NCBI GenBank assembly: GCA_041396005.1
Contig: JAWKZK010000011.1
Location: 67,779-131,778, forward strand
Reading direction: 5' to 3'
Source of the DNA: Halioglobus sp.
Lineage (GTDB): Bacteria; Pseudomonadota; Gammaproteobacteria; Pseudomonadales; Halieaceae
DNA: 64,000 bases
Notes under the pieces: generated by a model
What the model saw: only the letters and a program-made list of their open reading frames with translations
Told to the model about the DNA's origin: nothing
Databases searched by the model: none
Made by a program: the position numbers and the translations under genes
In this document: piece after piece, positions 1 through 10,179 of the stretch
Numbering within the stretch: the stretch's first letter is position 1
How the letters are laid out: each line of letters begins with the position of its first letter

Positions 1-502
1 GCTGGTAATACAGCTGGAATTCTCCGTTCTCCAGCGCGTCTTCCATTTTGTGCAGTAGCGCTGTCTCGGCATGCAGGTTGCGGGTGCGCTGCGGTGAATA
101 CACCTCGTACAGTTGCGGCGAATAACGGGCCTGGTTGAGGGCGATACCCGCCTGACGCATGGCGAGGTTTACATCGTCGTTCGCGCTGGAGAACAGCGAG
201 AAGCCGGCGCGCACGGAAAAATGCAGATTGGCGCCCAGGTGGTGGTGCGGCTCCTTGAAAAGGCGCTGCAGCTTGGAGGCGGCCAGCAGCAGTTCGCCTT
301 CCCCGCCGATATCCCTGAGCACGACGCAGACACGGTTGTGGTTCATCTTCCTGCATTCATCTTTTGCCCGTACCCAACCCTGCAGGCGGGTAAAAAATGC
401 ATCGCGCAGACCATTGAACGCCTCAGCGGCGCGCTGGTCCGAGGCGTCGTACTCGTCCGTGAGCTCCACGATGCCAATCACGTTCTCGCGCGTCTGCGGC
501 AT
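1..502 (-). CDS. Degenerate GGDEF + EAL domain protein, 5' part (runs off the window start)
   Basis: Hand-translated, not in the ORF track: MPQTRENVIGIVEL...KMEDALENGEFQLYYQ, the typical EAL-domain start. The GGDEF-like region lacks GG[DE]EF. The ATG overlaps the HD-GYP stop (TGATG at 500-504). Confidence 0.8.
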   Translation of the reverse strand, partial: MPQTRENVIGIVELTDEYDASDQRAAEAFNGLRDAFFTRLQGWVRAKDECRKMNHNRVCVVLRDIGGEGELLLAASKLQRLFKEPHHHLGANLHFSVRAGFSLFSSANDDVNLAMRQAGIALNQARYSPQLYEVYSPQRTRNLHAETALLHKMEDALENGEFQLYYQ

Positions 503-1683
503 CAGATAAAATACTCTTCGCTGTTGATGCCAAAGCTGCCATGCGGCAGTTCCTTGGCAATCCACCGCTCCCCCTCTGCGGCGATGCGCTGGTTGGCGAG
601 ATCAATCAGCCGCGGCGCATGCAGGCGCGCCTTGTCGCCGTCCAGCACGATCACGATCTCGGGTTTCAGCCGGCGTGTGCTGCTCTGGCTGACGACGATG
701 GCCACCTCTGCGGTATTCAGCTCAACCAGCGTCCCGGTGGGGAAAAGGCCGATTGCCTGCACAAACTGCTCTACCAGGGACTCCTGGAACTGGGTACCCT
801 TGCAGTCGAGCAGTTCCTGCGTTGCTTCATGCGACGTGCGCGCGCTGGCGTAGGGCCGGGCCGTGATCATTGCATCGTAGGTGTCTACCAGACCCGCGAT
901 GCGCGCCAGAAGCGGGATCGATGCACCCTCGATGCCGCGCGGATAGCCCGAGCCGTCCATGCGCTCGTGGTGGTTTTCGATAATGGAAATGATCTCGATA
1001 TCCACGTTCTTGGATTTGGCCGCCAGATCGGCGCCCATCAGAGGGTGTGCGCGGATGATCCTGCGCTGCTTGTCGGTCAGGTTCTCCGCCTGGTCGAGCA
1101 GTTCGGGCGGTAGTTGCGTCATACCCACGTCGCACATGGCGCAGCCCACGGCGAGCTTTTCCAGTTCATCGCGGTGCAGGCCGATGTGGCGCCCGAGAAT
1201 GGCGGCCCACACCGCCATGGACACACCGTGATGATAGCGATAGTCACCGCACTGCTTGAGTCGCACCAGGGCAGCGACTGCTTCCTGGTTCCGAAACACG
1301 CCCTGAATCAGCGGGTTGACGGCTTCCTTGACGGCATCGATGTCCTGGGAATGCCCTTTGCGCAGTGAATCGAACACCTTGTCCAGCGTTTCTGTGGCGC
1401 TGGCGAAGGACAGTTTCGTGCGCTCGAACTCATCGCGCAGGCGCAGCCGTTTTTTCGGACGGATGGCCGTGGGTTTCACCGCCAGCTCCAGATTTTGCCT
1501 GCGTCCCTTGTATTCGGCGTCCACGTACACGTGATCGACATAGTCCGAAACGTAGAGAATCTCCTCGGTGTCACGCACCACGAACCCCTGCAGGGCGAAT
1601 GGCGTTTTCAGCCATGGCCTGTCCAGCTCGGCAACGAACATGCCGGGCTTGAGATTCATCGCTGGTATTTTGACTAACCGCAC
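502..1683 (-). CDS. DUF3391 / HD-GYP domain protein (c-di-GMP phosphodiesterase family)
   Basis: N-terminal LKPGMFVAELDRPWLKTPF (DUF3391-like); HHERMDGSGYP motif; the HD dyad reads CD (AMCDVG). Confidence 0.9.
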   Translation of the reverse strand: MRLVKIPAMNLKPGMFVAELDRPWLKTPFALQGFVVRDTEEILYVSDYVDHVYVDAEYKGRRQNLELAVKPTAIRPKKRLRLRDEFERTKLSFASATETLDKVFDSLRKGHSQDIDAVKEAVNPLIQGVFRNQEAVAALVRLKQCGDYRYHHGVSMAVWAAILGRHIGLHRDELEKLAVGCAMCDVGMTQLPPELLDQAENLTDKQRRIIRAHPLMGADLAAKSKNVDIEIISIIENHHERMDGSGYPRGIEGASIPLLARIAGLVDTYDAMITARPYASARTSHEATQELLDCKGTQFQESLVEQFVQAIGLFPTGTLVELNTAEVAIVVSQSSTRRLKPEIVIVLDGDKARLHAPRLIDLANQRIAAEGERWIAKELPHGSFGINSEEYFI

Positions 1684-1873
1684 CTTAGTCCCTCGCGGAA
1701 CGCAGCTTCAGGGGGTCAGGTTAGGCAGCGGGAAATTCGAAGTCGATTAAATTGTGAACAAAAGTGAAGAAAATCAGCCGACGGGCGAGGGAGTGTGATT
1801 GGCGTCTCGCTTTGTATTGCGTAACGGGTAATTTTACGGCGGACGCGCCCGCCTGCGCCGCAATGTCGGGGCT

Positions 1874-2886
1874 TCAGCAGCTTGCGTCCTCACCGAGGTT
1901 GCAGTCGACGGTGTCGCCTGCAGACAGGCTGATGTCGTAGACCTGGCTGGTCGGCAGGGGTATCTGCAGGTCGTCCCAGTCCACCGGGTCGTCGTCGCCG
2001 GTATCGCAGGCAAAGGCGAGCCTGTAGTCGCCCGGGGCAGAAAACCGAACTCGTAGCGCAAGGCGTTATCGATGCCCGAGGGCGGCAGCACAGCAGCCAC
2101 CGCATAGGGTTGCTCCGCGTTTTCGGGCGCGCCGCCGTCGCTGCGAAAGACGTCGGCGAGGTTCTCGGTCACCACATCGGCGCCGCGGTACAGGTAGAGG
2201 CGATTGCCGCGCTCAGGGTCGGTCTTGGCGTCGCAGGGCGCAACCGAATCCAGCAGGGTGCTGTCCACGGTGCCGCGCAGGCGTGCGCTGTCGGCGTCAC
2301 TGACGATGCGGATTCCCTCGGTGCCCAGTCGGTAGTCGGCGCTGCGGGCGACCAGCGCGCGTGCCAGGTCGAACTCCACGGTGAAGCCGCTGCTGCCGCC
2401 GGGCACTCGAATGCCGCCGAGCTGGAGCACGGAGCCCGCCACGCTCAGGGGAACGCGCTCGCCATCGCGTTGCTGCACATAGGAGTTATTCACGTTGTCC
2501 TGCGTGCCGTTGACTACGGTGATCTCGATGCTGCTGTATTCGCCGGCGGCGAGATCGAGATTCGAGATCACCGGCACGCGGCGGGCGCCCGGGTAGTCGA
2601 GCAGGTTGATCGGTACCGTGGCGGAGTTGGCAACATTGATCGTGCCGTCGGCAATCGTGAACGTGGGCACGTCGACATCGTCCACGCGCGACCCTTTCAG
2701 TACGATCCGGTCCACCTCGATCACGACTTCATCCAGGTCCTCGGGCAGGGCGTCGGAGAAATACAGGCTGAAGGTCGCCCGCCCGTCATCGTCGTTATCG
2801 CTGGAGCAGTCGAAACCGCAGGTGCAACCGCCCAGCGACAGCAGCAAAGCCAGTGTGCCAAGGCGGTGTAAGACGGTGTTGTGCAT
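1874..2886 (-). CDS. DUF4382-like lipoprotein with a 1-bp frameshift near 2034-2037
   Basis: Lipobox LGGC; SDALPEDLDEVVIEV and FTVEFDL motifs. One extra C in the C4 run restores LPPGDYRLAFACDTGDDDP...CNLGEDASC, stopping at 1874. Confidence 0.7.
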
Positions 2887-3009
2887 GTGATTGTCGCGCT
2901 CCCTTGGGCGGGGTGATGGCCGCATTATGTAGGAGTCGCTCTCACTAGAGTAGGCGGTTTGCCCTGTGGCATGCCGCCTGCTCACCCGCGGGACCCCGGC
3001 AAACAGACC

Positions 3010-3840
3010 TTAGCGGATTCCTGCGGCTGTCTGGTAGGCGTGCGCATAGTCAATGCTGTCGCGATTGTCGATCAGCGTGCCGTTGGGTAGTTCCGAGGTG
3101 CGCGCACTGATCTCCAGCATCGCCTGGCCCAGTTCGCGGCCGGCAATGACGAGGTAGCCCGGTTTCAGCAGCGCCTCCGCCAGGTAGATCAGCGCGTTCG
3201 ATTGCTCGCTGGTCGGTCGGATAAACGCCGAGCGGTAGCTGTAAGTGCGCAGGTCACCGGCCGCCGCCATCCTGGCAAGCGTGCGTTCCGCGCGGCCTTT
3301 CTCCCGGGCCCAGTGCTGCGCGCCGTCCGGGTCCGTGCCCATGCCGGTCACGTAGTGGAAGGACATCGGGCCGGCCGTTCTCTCGGCCAGCCAGGCACCG
3401 ACAAAGGCCAGCGGGAAATCCACATGAATGCGCGTGTAGGTGGCGTCATCCACGTTGAGCGATGACGTGCCCAGGCCCCACAGTACGGTATTCACCTCTC
3501 CCAGTACGCCTGCGAGATCGCGGTAGTCGGTAAAATCCTGGTGCATGTGCACCTGCAGGCGCCCCGAGGCGGCGCCGGCTTCAATGCGCGGTGACGAGCT
3601 GCGCGTGACCACATGAATCGTTTTGACCGCCGGATCCTCCATCGCCGCTTTCAGCAGGCCGTCGCCAACGGACCCGGTGGCCCCGAAAACCATGACCACC
3701 GCGTTGGCCTGCGGGTTGCGTGCGGCGTTCGGGTCGGGCGTCAGCGTGCCCAGCGTCAGCCGGCCCCACAGATTGAACACAATAAGCAGTGCCGCCAACA
3801 GCCCCAGCGCGATGATGACGAGTTTTATGAGCAGCTTCAT
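3010..3840 (-). CDS. Membrane-anchored NAD(P)-binding Rossmann-fold protein (atypical SDR/epimerase-like)
   Basis: N-terminal TM helix; VFGATGSVGDGLL nucleotide-binding motif; ATGA overlap with the upstream gene. Confidence 0.75.
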   Translation of the reverse strand: MKLLIKLVIIALGLLAALLIVFNLWGRLTLGTLTPDPNAARNPQANAVVMVFGATGSVGDGLLKAAMEDPAVKTIHVVTRSSSPRIEAGAASGRLQVHMHQDFTDYRDLAGVLGEVNTVLWGLGTSSLNVDDATYTRIHVDFPLAFVGAWLAERTAGPMSFHYVTGMGTDPDGAQHWAREKGRAERTLARMAAAGDLRTYSYRSAFIRPTSEQSNALIYLAEALLKPGYLVIAGRELGQAMLEISARTSELPNGTLIDNRDSIDYAHAYQTAAGIR

Positions 3841-5330
3841 ACTTTGGGTTCCTTTCCTTCATCCGGTGGCGGGTGCCCTTCAGGGGGCGAATCGCCCTCT
3901 GGCGGTGAATCGCTCGACAGTCGCGGCGCGGTGTTCTGTCCGAGTGCCGCCTGCTGCGCTTGCGGCAGCTGGGCAAGACCGTCGGGCGGATACATGTGCA
4001 CGCCCGAGAGCGTGACATAGGCGGGACGCTGGCGGGGCCCGAGAAATCCGTAGAGCCAGACGCTGAGTATGCCGAGCAACAGCGCGCCCAGCAGCGTGCC
4101 GCCCAGCCACAGGCGATAGTCCGGACCGATGCGCATCGCCTCCGCGGCGGGCCGATCGATCACTGCCACCTGGGGATAGCGGTCCAGCGGATTGACCTGC
4201 ACTTCGATGAGTCGTGACTGGGCGGCCCGGTTCAATTCCTCCAGGCGAGCCAGATCTTCCACCAGCGCCTCGTGGGTGGCGTAGACAGTGGTAAATGCCG
4301 CAGCGTCACGCGAGTGTGTCTCCAGCTCCGCCTGCAGTTCCTCCACGGTCTGCTGCGCCGCCTCGAACTCGCGTCGCGCGATACCGAGTTGCAGCGCCTG
4401 GCCTTCCTCGTACACCAGCGCGAGCTCCGCTTCCAGCTCTTCGATGCGCGCGGGAATGTCGCGAAAACGCGGCTGCTTTTTCACGTATTCCATGGTGTAG
4501 TTTTTGGTCAAGGATTTGAGCTGTGAGTTGAGCTGGCGCAGTTCGGTTTCCATCGCGGCCACGCTGTCGCGTTCACTGACGGGCACAACCTTCCTGCCTG
4601 CGGCGATGGCGCTCTCCAGGGAACTGAGCTTGGCCTTGGCCTTCACCGCGTCTTCCGTGGCGGAATTGAGTGCGTCGTTGAGCCCCTCAAGCCGCGCCAT
4701 CACCGCGTTGTCACCGCTCTGTGCGGAGCTGATCGCATGCTCCTCGCGATAGTCCGCGAGCGCCAGTCGAGCCTCGGCGAGTTTCATTTCGAGGCCCGCC
4801 AGCTGATCGTGCACCAGGGCTACGGTCTGCTGCCGGTTTTCCTGCACATTGGTGGCGCGTATTTCCAGATACTCGTCGATCCACCGGTTCACCAGCTCTG
4901 GCAGCACACCGCGGTTGTCGCCCTCGGCGATCATCTCCACGAGGTTGGTATCGAGGACTGGCTCCACGCGCAGCGTGCGCTGCAGAAATGGCGCGTCCAC
5001 CCCGGGAAAGTCGAATTCGTCCAGGGCCTGTAACAAACGCGCGGTGACCTCGCCACCCAGCAGAATGCGCCGCTGAATAGCCACGCTCTGCACATCGGCT
5101 GACTGCGTCTCGCCGTCAACGGTCACCGGTGCCGTCATCAGCACGGTCGCGCTGGCGCGATACAGCGCGGGCTGCAGTGCCGTTACGGCGAGGCCCAGCA
5201 ATAGCGACAGGCAGAAAACCCAGAGAAAGATGCGCGCGCGCGGCGATCGTCGCCAGCTTTGGTACGGCGGGCCGTCCGCAAAGGGCGTACCACCCGGCAG
5301 GGCTTCCAGTCTCGGCAACTCCCTTTGCAT
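3837..5330 (-). CDS. GumC/Wzz-like polysaccharide chain-length determinant / co-polymerase
   Basis: TM1 followed by YRASATVL, a long periplasmic coiled coil, VAVIDRP, then TM2; no kinase domain. Start moved to MQRELP. Confidence 0.75.
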   Translation of the reverse strand: MQRELPRLEALPGGTPFADGPPYQSWRRSPRARIFLWVFCLSLLLGLAVTALQPALYRASATVLMTAPVTVDGETQSADVQSVAIQRRILLGGEVTARLLQALDEFDFPGVDAPFLQRTLRVEPVLDTNLVEMIAEGDNRGVLPELVNRWIDEYLEIRATNVQENRQQTVALVHDQLAGLEMKLAEARLALADYREEHAISSAQSGDNAVMARLEGLNDALNSATEDAVKAKAKLSSLESAIAAGRKVVPVSERDSVAAMETELRQLNSQLKSLTKNYTMEYVKKQPRFRDIPARIEELEAELALVYEEGQALQLGIARREFEAAQQTVEELQAELETHSRDAAAFTTVYATHEALVEDLARLEELNRAAQSRLIEVQVNPLDRYPQVAVIDRPAAEAMRIGPDYRLWLGGTLLGALLLGILSVWLYGFLGPRQRPAYVTLSGVHMYPPDGLAQLPQAQQAALGQNTAPRLSSDSPPEGDSPPEGHPPPDEGKEPKV

Positions 5331-5353
5331 GCCCGATCTCCCCCGCCCGCCGT

Positions 5354-6421
5354 TCAGGCAGCGCCTTTCGAAAGCGCTGGGGCTGCGCGCCCGGCGATCA
5401 TGGGCAGATCCAGGTAGGTCTTGATACCCGGCGCCGCTGCGCAGACGTAGGGAATGGCGCTCACGCAATGGTTTGCCGTGGCCACGATACCCGGGTTGCG
5501 CTCCAGCCCGGCGGCGATGGAGTCGGGATGCCAGCCATGGAACACCACGTGCGATGAGGGATCACCGCTCACCGCCACTTCAAAGCGTTCGCCCTCCGGG
5601 CCGAAATTCCAGGCGGGCTCCAGATCGCGCTCACCCATGAACCAGTTCACGCGCACGGTGATCACCGGCTGGCTGCGCACCGTGTACTGCCAGGTAAAGC
5701 GCTGCGCGGCCACGTGGCCGGGCTGTATCGGCCCGATCGGGGAATCGATGGGCCGCGTGGCCACGGCCACTTCGTGTCGTGCCACGGGTTCCGGGTCGAT
5801 ATCGAACTGCAGAGCGGTGGCAATCATATCCATGGACTGCTGGAAGCCGTTGCCGAGCAGGTCTACCATGGGGCTCTTCACGGCTTCTTCCGGCGTTTTG
5901 CCAAACAACATGATGTCGCTGATAACCGCGGCCGCGCCATAAGTGCGAATGTCGGAAAACTCCTCGGCGCGCACGTGCGTGATGGCGCCGGACAGTGCCG
6001 ACACCATCAACGGGAAGCGCTCGGTGATGCCGCCGGGATGAATGCCGGTGCCGTGCAGTGTGCTGTTGCCCGCGCGGCAGGCCGCCTCCAGTTCCGCCAC
6101 GTCGCGTGTGCCCGGGAAGAACCAGCCCAGGGGGGTAACCACGTTCTTGCCGGAGGCGAGCAGCCGCGCCACCAGTGCCGGATCGGGCATGATCGGGCTG
6201 TAAAGCACGCAGTCGGCCTCCAGTGCGACCAATGCGTCCACGTCGTCGCTCGCATGCACCCCCTGCGCTTCCAGCCCGCAAAGCTCGCCGACATCGCGGC
6301 CCACCTTGTCTGCGCTGTGCACCCAGCATCCTGCCAGTTCAAGCTCCGGGTGAGCTGCGATGCCTTGTATGGCCGCGCGCCCTACGCCGCCGGTTGCCCA
6401 CTGAATCACGCGTAATGCCAT
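5354..6421 (-). CDS. Dihydrodipicolinate-reductase-like (DapB_N / 2,4-diaminopentanoate dehydrogenase family) oxidoreductase
   Basis: VIQWATGGVG, LLASGKNVV, TGIHPGG, ATANHCVSAIPYVCAAAPGI motifs. Confidence 0.85.
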   Translation of the reverse strand: MALRVIQWATGGVGRAAIQGIAAHPELELAGCWVHSADKVGRDVGELCGLEAQGVHASDDVDALVALEADCVLYSPIMPDPALVARLLASGKNVVTPLGWFFPGTRDVAELEAACRAGNSTLHGTGIHPGGITERFPLMVSALSGAITHVRAEEFSDIRTYGAAAVISDIMLFGKTPEEAVKSPMVDLLGNGFQQSMDMIATALQFDIDPEPVARHEVAVATRPIDSPIGPIQPGHVAAQRFTWQYTVRSQPVITVRVNWFMGERDLEPAWNFGPEGERFEVAVSGDPSSHVVFHGWHPDSIAAGLERNPGIVATANHCVSAIPYVCAAAPGIKTYLDLPMIAGRAAPALSKGAA

Positions 6422-6430
6422 GGTTTGCTC

Positions 6431-7138
6431 CTATGCGTCCTTGCGGAGAGCGGAATCCAGGGGTTGCAGCGAACCCATGCCGCCACGTGGCTGCACGAAC
6501 AGACCCTCCGCGCTGGCGGTCATTACGCCATCGGCGAACATTTCCCCGGCGATGAAGTTTTTCCGGCCCTCGGTGCGTGAATATTTGCCCACCAGCTTCA
6601 ATTCCGTATTCAGCGGCGTGCGCTGGTGATAATTCACGTGCAGGTAGGCCGTCATGCCGGGCCGCTTGCCCATGAGCTGCGCCATGCCCAGGAACTGGTC
6701 GAAGAGGGCCGCCACAATGCCGCCGTGCACGCTGCCGGGCGGGCCCTCATAGGCCCAGCCGCACTCGGCACTGCCATAGGCCACATTGTCTTCGATGCGC
6801 ATGCTGACCGGCGGCGCAATGGGATTGCTCCAGCCCGCCATCGGGTTGAGCTCATGCGATATTTGTCCGTAGCTGCCGTGCTCGCCATTCTCCGCCCAGG
6901 ACCTGCGGCCATAGATGCGCGGCGAGTGGCGGAAATCCGCTGCCGTGGACTCCAGCTTCTCGGCGATCGCGTGCATTTCGTCGGTGTCGGGCGTGCTGGT
7001 TACCAGGACTTCGGTGAGCTGACGGATGGCATCGGCCACGCGCCGCTTGGCCACCCACTCGTCGTTGTAGGGTGGCGTGATCTCTTCGGAGGCAAACGGA
7101 TTGTGCAGGAGCGATTTCTCCAACTCGTGGTCTGTCAT
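6431..7138 (-). CDS. PaaI/hotdog-fold thioesterase
   Basis: YEGPPGSVHGGIVAALFDQFLG motif. Start moved to MTDHEL. Confidence 0.85.
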   Translation of the reverse strand: MTDHELEKSLLHNPFASEEITPPYNDEWVAKRRVADAIRQLTEVLVTSTPDTDEMHAIAEKLESTAADFRHSPRIYGRRSWAENGEHGSYGQISHELNPMAGWSNPIAPPVSMRIEDNVAYGSAECGWAYEGPPGSVHGGIVAALFDQFLGMAQLMGKRPGMTAYLHVNYHQRTPLNTELKLVGKYSRTEGRKNFIAGEMFADGVMTASAEGLFVQPRGGMGSLQPLDSALRKDA

Positions 7139-7303
7139 GCGCGCAGGGTCTGTAATGTCTGTAAGGTCGCTAGTGTAACCCAAAGCGGGCGCCTGCTGCG
7201 TGTGCCGTTGCAGCCCGTCCCAGAGCGCAACGGCAGCGGCAACCGGGCACTGATCGGCCGGCGCCCGGGATGCGTATACAGGGCCATGACCGGGGATTTG
7301 AAT

Positions 7304-7843
7304 ATGATTCGCTCAAGCTTGGTGGTTTGGGCGCTGGCACTGCTCGCAGGCTGCGCCGGCGTCACGGTGGAAGACTACCGCGGAAGGGAACCGACACTCC
7401 GCCTCGAAGCGTTCTTCGACGGGCCGCTCAGCGCGCACGGTGTCGTGAAAAACCGCTCGGGAAGGGTGATACGCAGCTTCAACGCCGAAATAGCGGCCTA
7501 CTGGGAGGGCGATACCGGTACGCTGGAGGAAGACTTCGTGTTTGACGACGGCGAGGAGCAGCGCCGCGTCTGGACGCTGACCCGCACGGGCGAGGGCAGT
7601 TACACCGGCACGGCCGGCGATGTGGTGGGTGAGGCGGCGTTGGCGCTTGCCGGCAACAGCCTGTTCATGGATTACGTGCTGCGCATTCCCTATGGTGATG
7701 ACAGTATCGACGTGCGCGTGGATGACCGTATGTACCTGGTGAGCCCCACCGTGCTGATCAATGAGTCGGTGATGAGCAAGTTCGGCGTGCGGGTGGGGTC
7801 GCTGCTTCTGGTGATTGAACGGCGTGGGCCTGGCGGGTCGTGA
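7304..7843 (+). CDS. DUF3833 family lipoprotein
   Basis: Lipobox LAGC; LEAFFDGPLSAHG, EEDFVFDDGEEQRRVW, VDDRMYL motifs; embedded in the 6626-7843 track ORF. Confidence 0.85.
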   Translation: MIRSSLVVWALALLAGCAGVTVEDYRGREPTLRLEAFFDGPLSAHGVVKNRSGRVIRSFNAEIAAYWEGDTGTLEEDFVFDDGEEQRRVWTLTRTGEGSYTGTAGDVVGEAALALAGNSLFMDYVLRIPYGDDSIDVRVDDRMYLVSPTVLINESVMSKFGVRVGSLLLVIERRGPGGS

Positions 7844-8031
7844 AGATTTCGCTCACGGAGTTCTGTTTACCGGATGAGCCGCTGCTGGTGATGATGCATG
7901 CGCTGGATTGCGCCCTGTATCAGGCGACAGTTGCGCCGCGCGGCGCGCAACACCCTGCTAGAGAGTGGAACGTAGGTTCGCGGTGCCCATGGGGTGCCGA
8001 CGGTGACGAGTTTTACTGGAGAAAGGGATGA
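7840..8031 (+). pseudogene. Probable truncated DUF6482-like remnant
   Basis: The start MKISLTE...HALDCALYQATV resembles small proteins found beside DUF3833 genes, but the ORF is only 63 aa and loses similarity midway. Confidence 0.35.
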
Positions 8032-9497
8032 GTAACCTGTTGACGCTGGATGAAGAGATCGCCGTGGATAGACCGCTGAACGAGGTATTTGCCTACGTAT
8101 CGGAATTCTCGCGGATTGAAGAATGGGACCCGGCGGTACAACGCGGCGTGAAGCTCACGCCGGGCAAGCCGGCAGTGGGGAGCGAATACCGGATCGAGAT
8201 GAAGGCCGGGTTCTCGCTGCACTACGTAATGCGTGAGCTTGAGCCCGATGCACGCATGCTCATGGATGTTACCTCGAAGGTGTTCAGCGCGCGCGAGGAA
8301 ATCCTGTTCAGGGAGCATCCCGAAGGCGGGTCGATCGTGCGCTACATCGCCACGTTCGATTTTCCCACGCCGCTGGCCACGGCCAACAAGCTGTACCCCG
8401 CGGTGATGGACAAGGTGGGCAAGAAAACCATGGAGGGGCTCAAGCGGGCGCTGGAAGACGATTTCGAGGCGCCGGAGCCCTCCACCTTGACGGAAATCGC
8501 TGACAAGCTGGTGCTGCCAGGGATCTGGCGGTTCACCCGCCTTGGCTATAAAGCCTCGCGCAAGCACTGGAACCCGGTGTCGGCCTACCTGGGCGACCGG
8601 CATGCGATCGTCACCGGCTGCACCTCGGGTGTCGGCCTGGCCACCGCGCAGGCGCTCGCGGCCATGGGCGCCACGCTGACGCTGGTGGCGCGCGATGCGC
8701 AGAAAGCGCGTAATGTGGCGGAAGATATTGTCAGGCAGTCGGGCAACCCGTCGGTACGCGTCGAACTGTGCGACATGAGCGTGATGTCCCAAGTGCATGC
8801 GCTGGCCGACCGGCTCCTGAGCCGGGCTGAACCGGTGCACATGCTGGTCAACAACGCTGGCGCGCTGTTCAACGAGAGGCAGCTGACGCCCGAGGGGCTG
8901 GAAAAAAGCTTTGCCCTGTTGCTGCTGGCGCCTTACATACTGACCGAGCGGCTGCACCCGCTGCTGAGTGTGGCGGACGACGCGCGGGTGGTAAACGTCT
9001 CTTCCGGCGGCATGTATTCGCAGAAAATTCACGTGGACGACCTGCAAACCGAGCGCGGAAAATATTCAGGGCCGGTGGCCTATGCGCGCGCCAAACGCGG
9101 CCTGATGATACTCACCGAACACTGGAGCGAGCGCTGGCGTCCGGACGGCATCGCGGTCAACGCGATGCACCCCGGCTGGGCCGACACACCCGGAGTGGAG
9201 AGCTCCCTGCCAGGATTCTATCGGCTGACGCGGCGTTGGCTGCGCAGCCCCGAGGAGGGCGCCGACACCGCGGTGTGGCTCGCGGCGTCCACCGAAGCGG
9301 GACGGGTGTCCGGCGAATTCTGGCTGGACCGGGATATCCACCCCAGCCACCTGTCGTCACGCACGCGGGAAACGCCCGTGGAGCGGGCACGGTTGCTGGA
9401 GGTGTTGGCGGAGCTCGCTGCAAGTACGCAGGACAAGGCTGGCAAGGGCGGCGCAGCAGCCAGGCGGCGCGGGAAAAAGACGCAGCGCAGTGGGTGA
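8028..9497 (+). CDS. SRPBCC domain fused to a DHRS12-like short-chain dehydrogenase
   Basis: N-terminal VFAYVSEFSRIEEWDP; TGCTSGVG, LVNNAG, YARAK, MHPGWADTPG motifs. Confidence 0.85.
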   Translation: MSNLLTLDEEIAVDRPLNEVFAYVSEFSRIEEWDPAVQRGVKLTPGKPAVGSEYRIEMKAGFSLHYVMRELEPDARMLMDVTSKVFSAREEILFREHPEGGSIVRYIATFDFPTPLATANKLYPAVMDKVGKKTMEGLKRALEDDFEAPEPSTLTEIADKLVLPGIWRFTRLGYKASRKHWNPVSAYLGDRHAIVTGCTSGVGLATAQALAAMGATLTLVARDAQKARNVAEDIVRQSGNPSVRVELCDMSVMSQVHALADRLLSRAEPVHMLVNNAGALFNERQLTPEGLEKSFALLLLAPYILTERLHPLLSVADDARVVNVSSGGMYSQKIHVDDLQTERGKYSGPVAYARAKRGLMILTEHWSERWRPDGIAVNAMHPGWADTPGVESSLPGFYRLTRRWLRSPEEGADTAVWLAASTEAGRVSGEFWLDRDIHPSHLSSRTRETPVERARLLEVLAELAASTQDKAGKGGAAARRRGKKTQRSG

Positions 9498-9535
9498 CGC
9501 TCGCCGGGAGGGTAGGCGCGATGTGGACGAGACGG

Positions 9536-10126
9536 TTATTGCGCAGGTGTGGGAGCGGTGAGGTGGCGGGCAAGCACTCGCCCTTCCAACGCCGCGGCGA
9601 GTGCGGGGGCGGGGGGCGAAGAGAGTTTGAGGGACGCTGCCAGGCCGGTGGCGAGCACGCGCTGATAATAGGGCAGGTGCGCCACAAAAAACGGCAGGTT
9701 CCCGAGAATATCGTCCTGCGATGCCAGGGCCTCGGTGAACCCGTCAACGAAATTCTGAAGTTTCTCACTCAGCGGTGCATTCTCCTCAACGGCGGTAAAT
9801 GCAACCTGCCAGGTCATATCGCTGCGCAGTGTGCAGGTGGCGACGAAGGTGCCCGGGAGGGCAGCGCCCCACTCTTCGGGTGAAATGAGCGACAACAGCC
9901 AGGTGTCGTCGCGGGAATAAAGGAAGTAACCGCGACCGACGACCGGGCGGAATTGAAAGCGAGCTGCGAGCACCAGCGACGACACGCAGTAGTCGCGAAA
10001 GAATTCCAGCGGGGGTTTGCGGCGCACGGAATCGGGATTAAACAGCGCAAGGTCGCCCAGGGTAGGGACGAGGCCCTTGCCCTGGGGATTGGGAGTTTTC
10101 TGCTGATTGGCGCTGGTAACAGGCAT
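9536..10126 (-). CDS. DUF2452-like protein
   Basis: NPQGKGLVP start; AARFQFRPVVGRGYFLY, LSLISPEEW, TLRSDMTW motifs. Confidence 0.65.
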   Translation of the reverse strand: MPVTSANQQKTPNPQGKGLVPTLGDLALFNPDSVRRKPPLEFFRDYCVSSLVLAARFQFRPVVGRGYFLYSRDDTWLLSLISPEEWGAALPGTFVATCTLRSDMTWQVAFTAVEENAPLSEKLQNFVDGFTEALASQDDILGNLPFFVAHLPYYQRVLATGLAASLKLSSPPAPALAAALEGRVLARHLTAPTPAQ

Positions 10127-10179
10127 GGGGAAAGGCTACGGCAGTGGGCGACGAGGGTGCACGTGCGAAGAGGACGTGG

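Noticed and set aside
1684-1830. c-di-GMP riboswitch upstream of the HD-GYP gene
   Set aside because: No GEMM-type GCAAA/GCACAGGGC or tetraloop-receptor elements could be found by eye on either strand.
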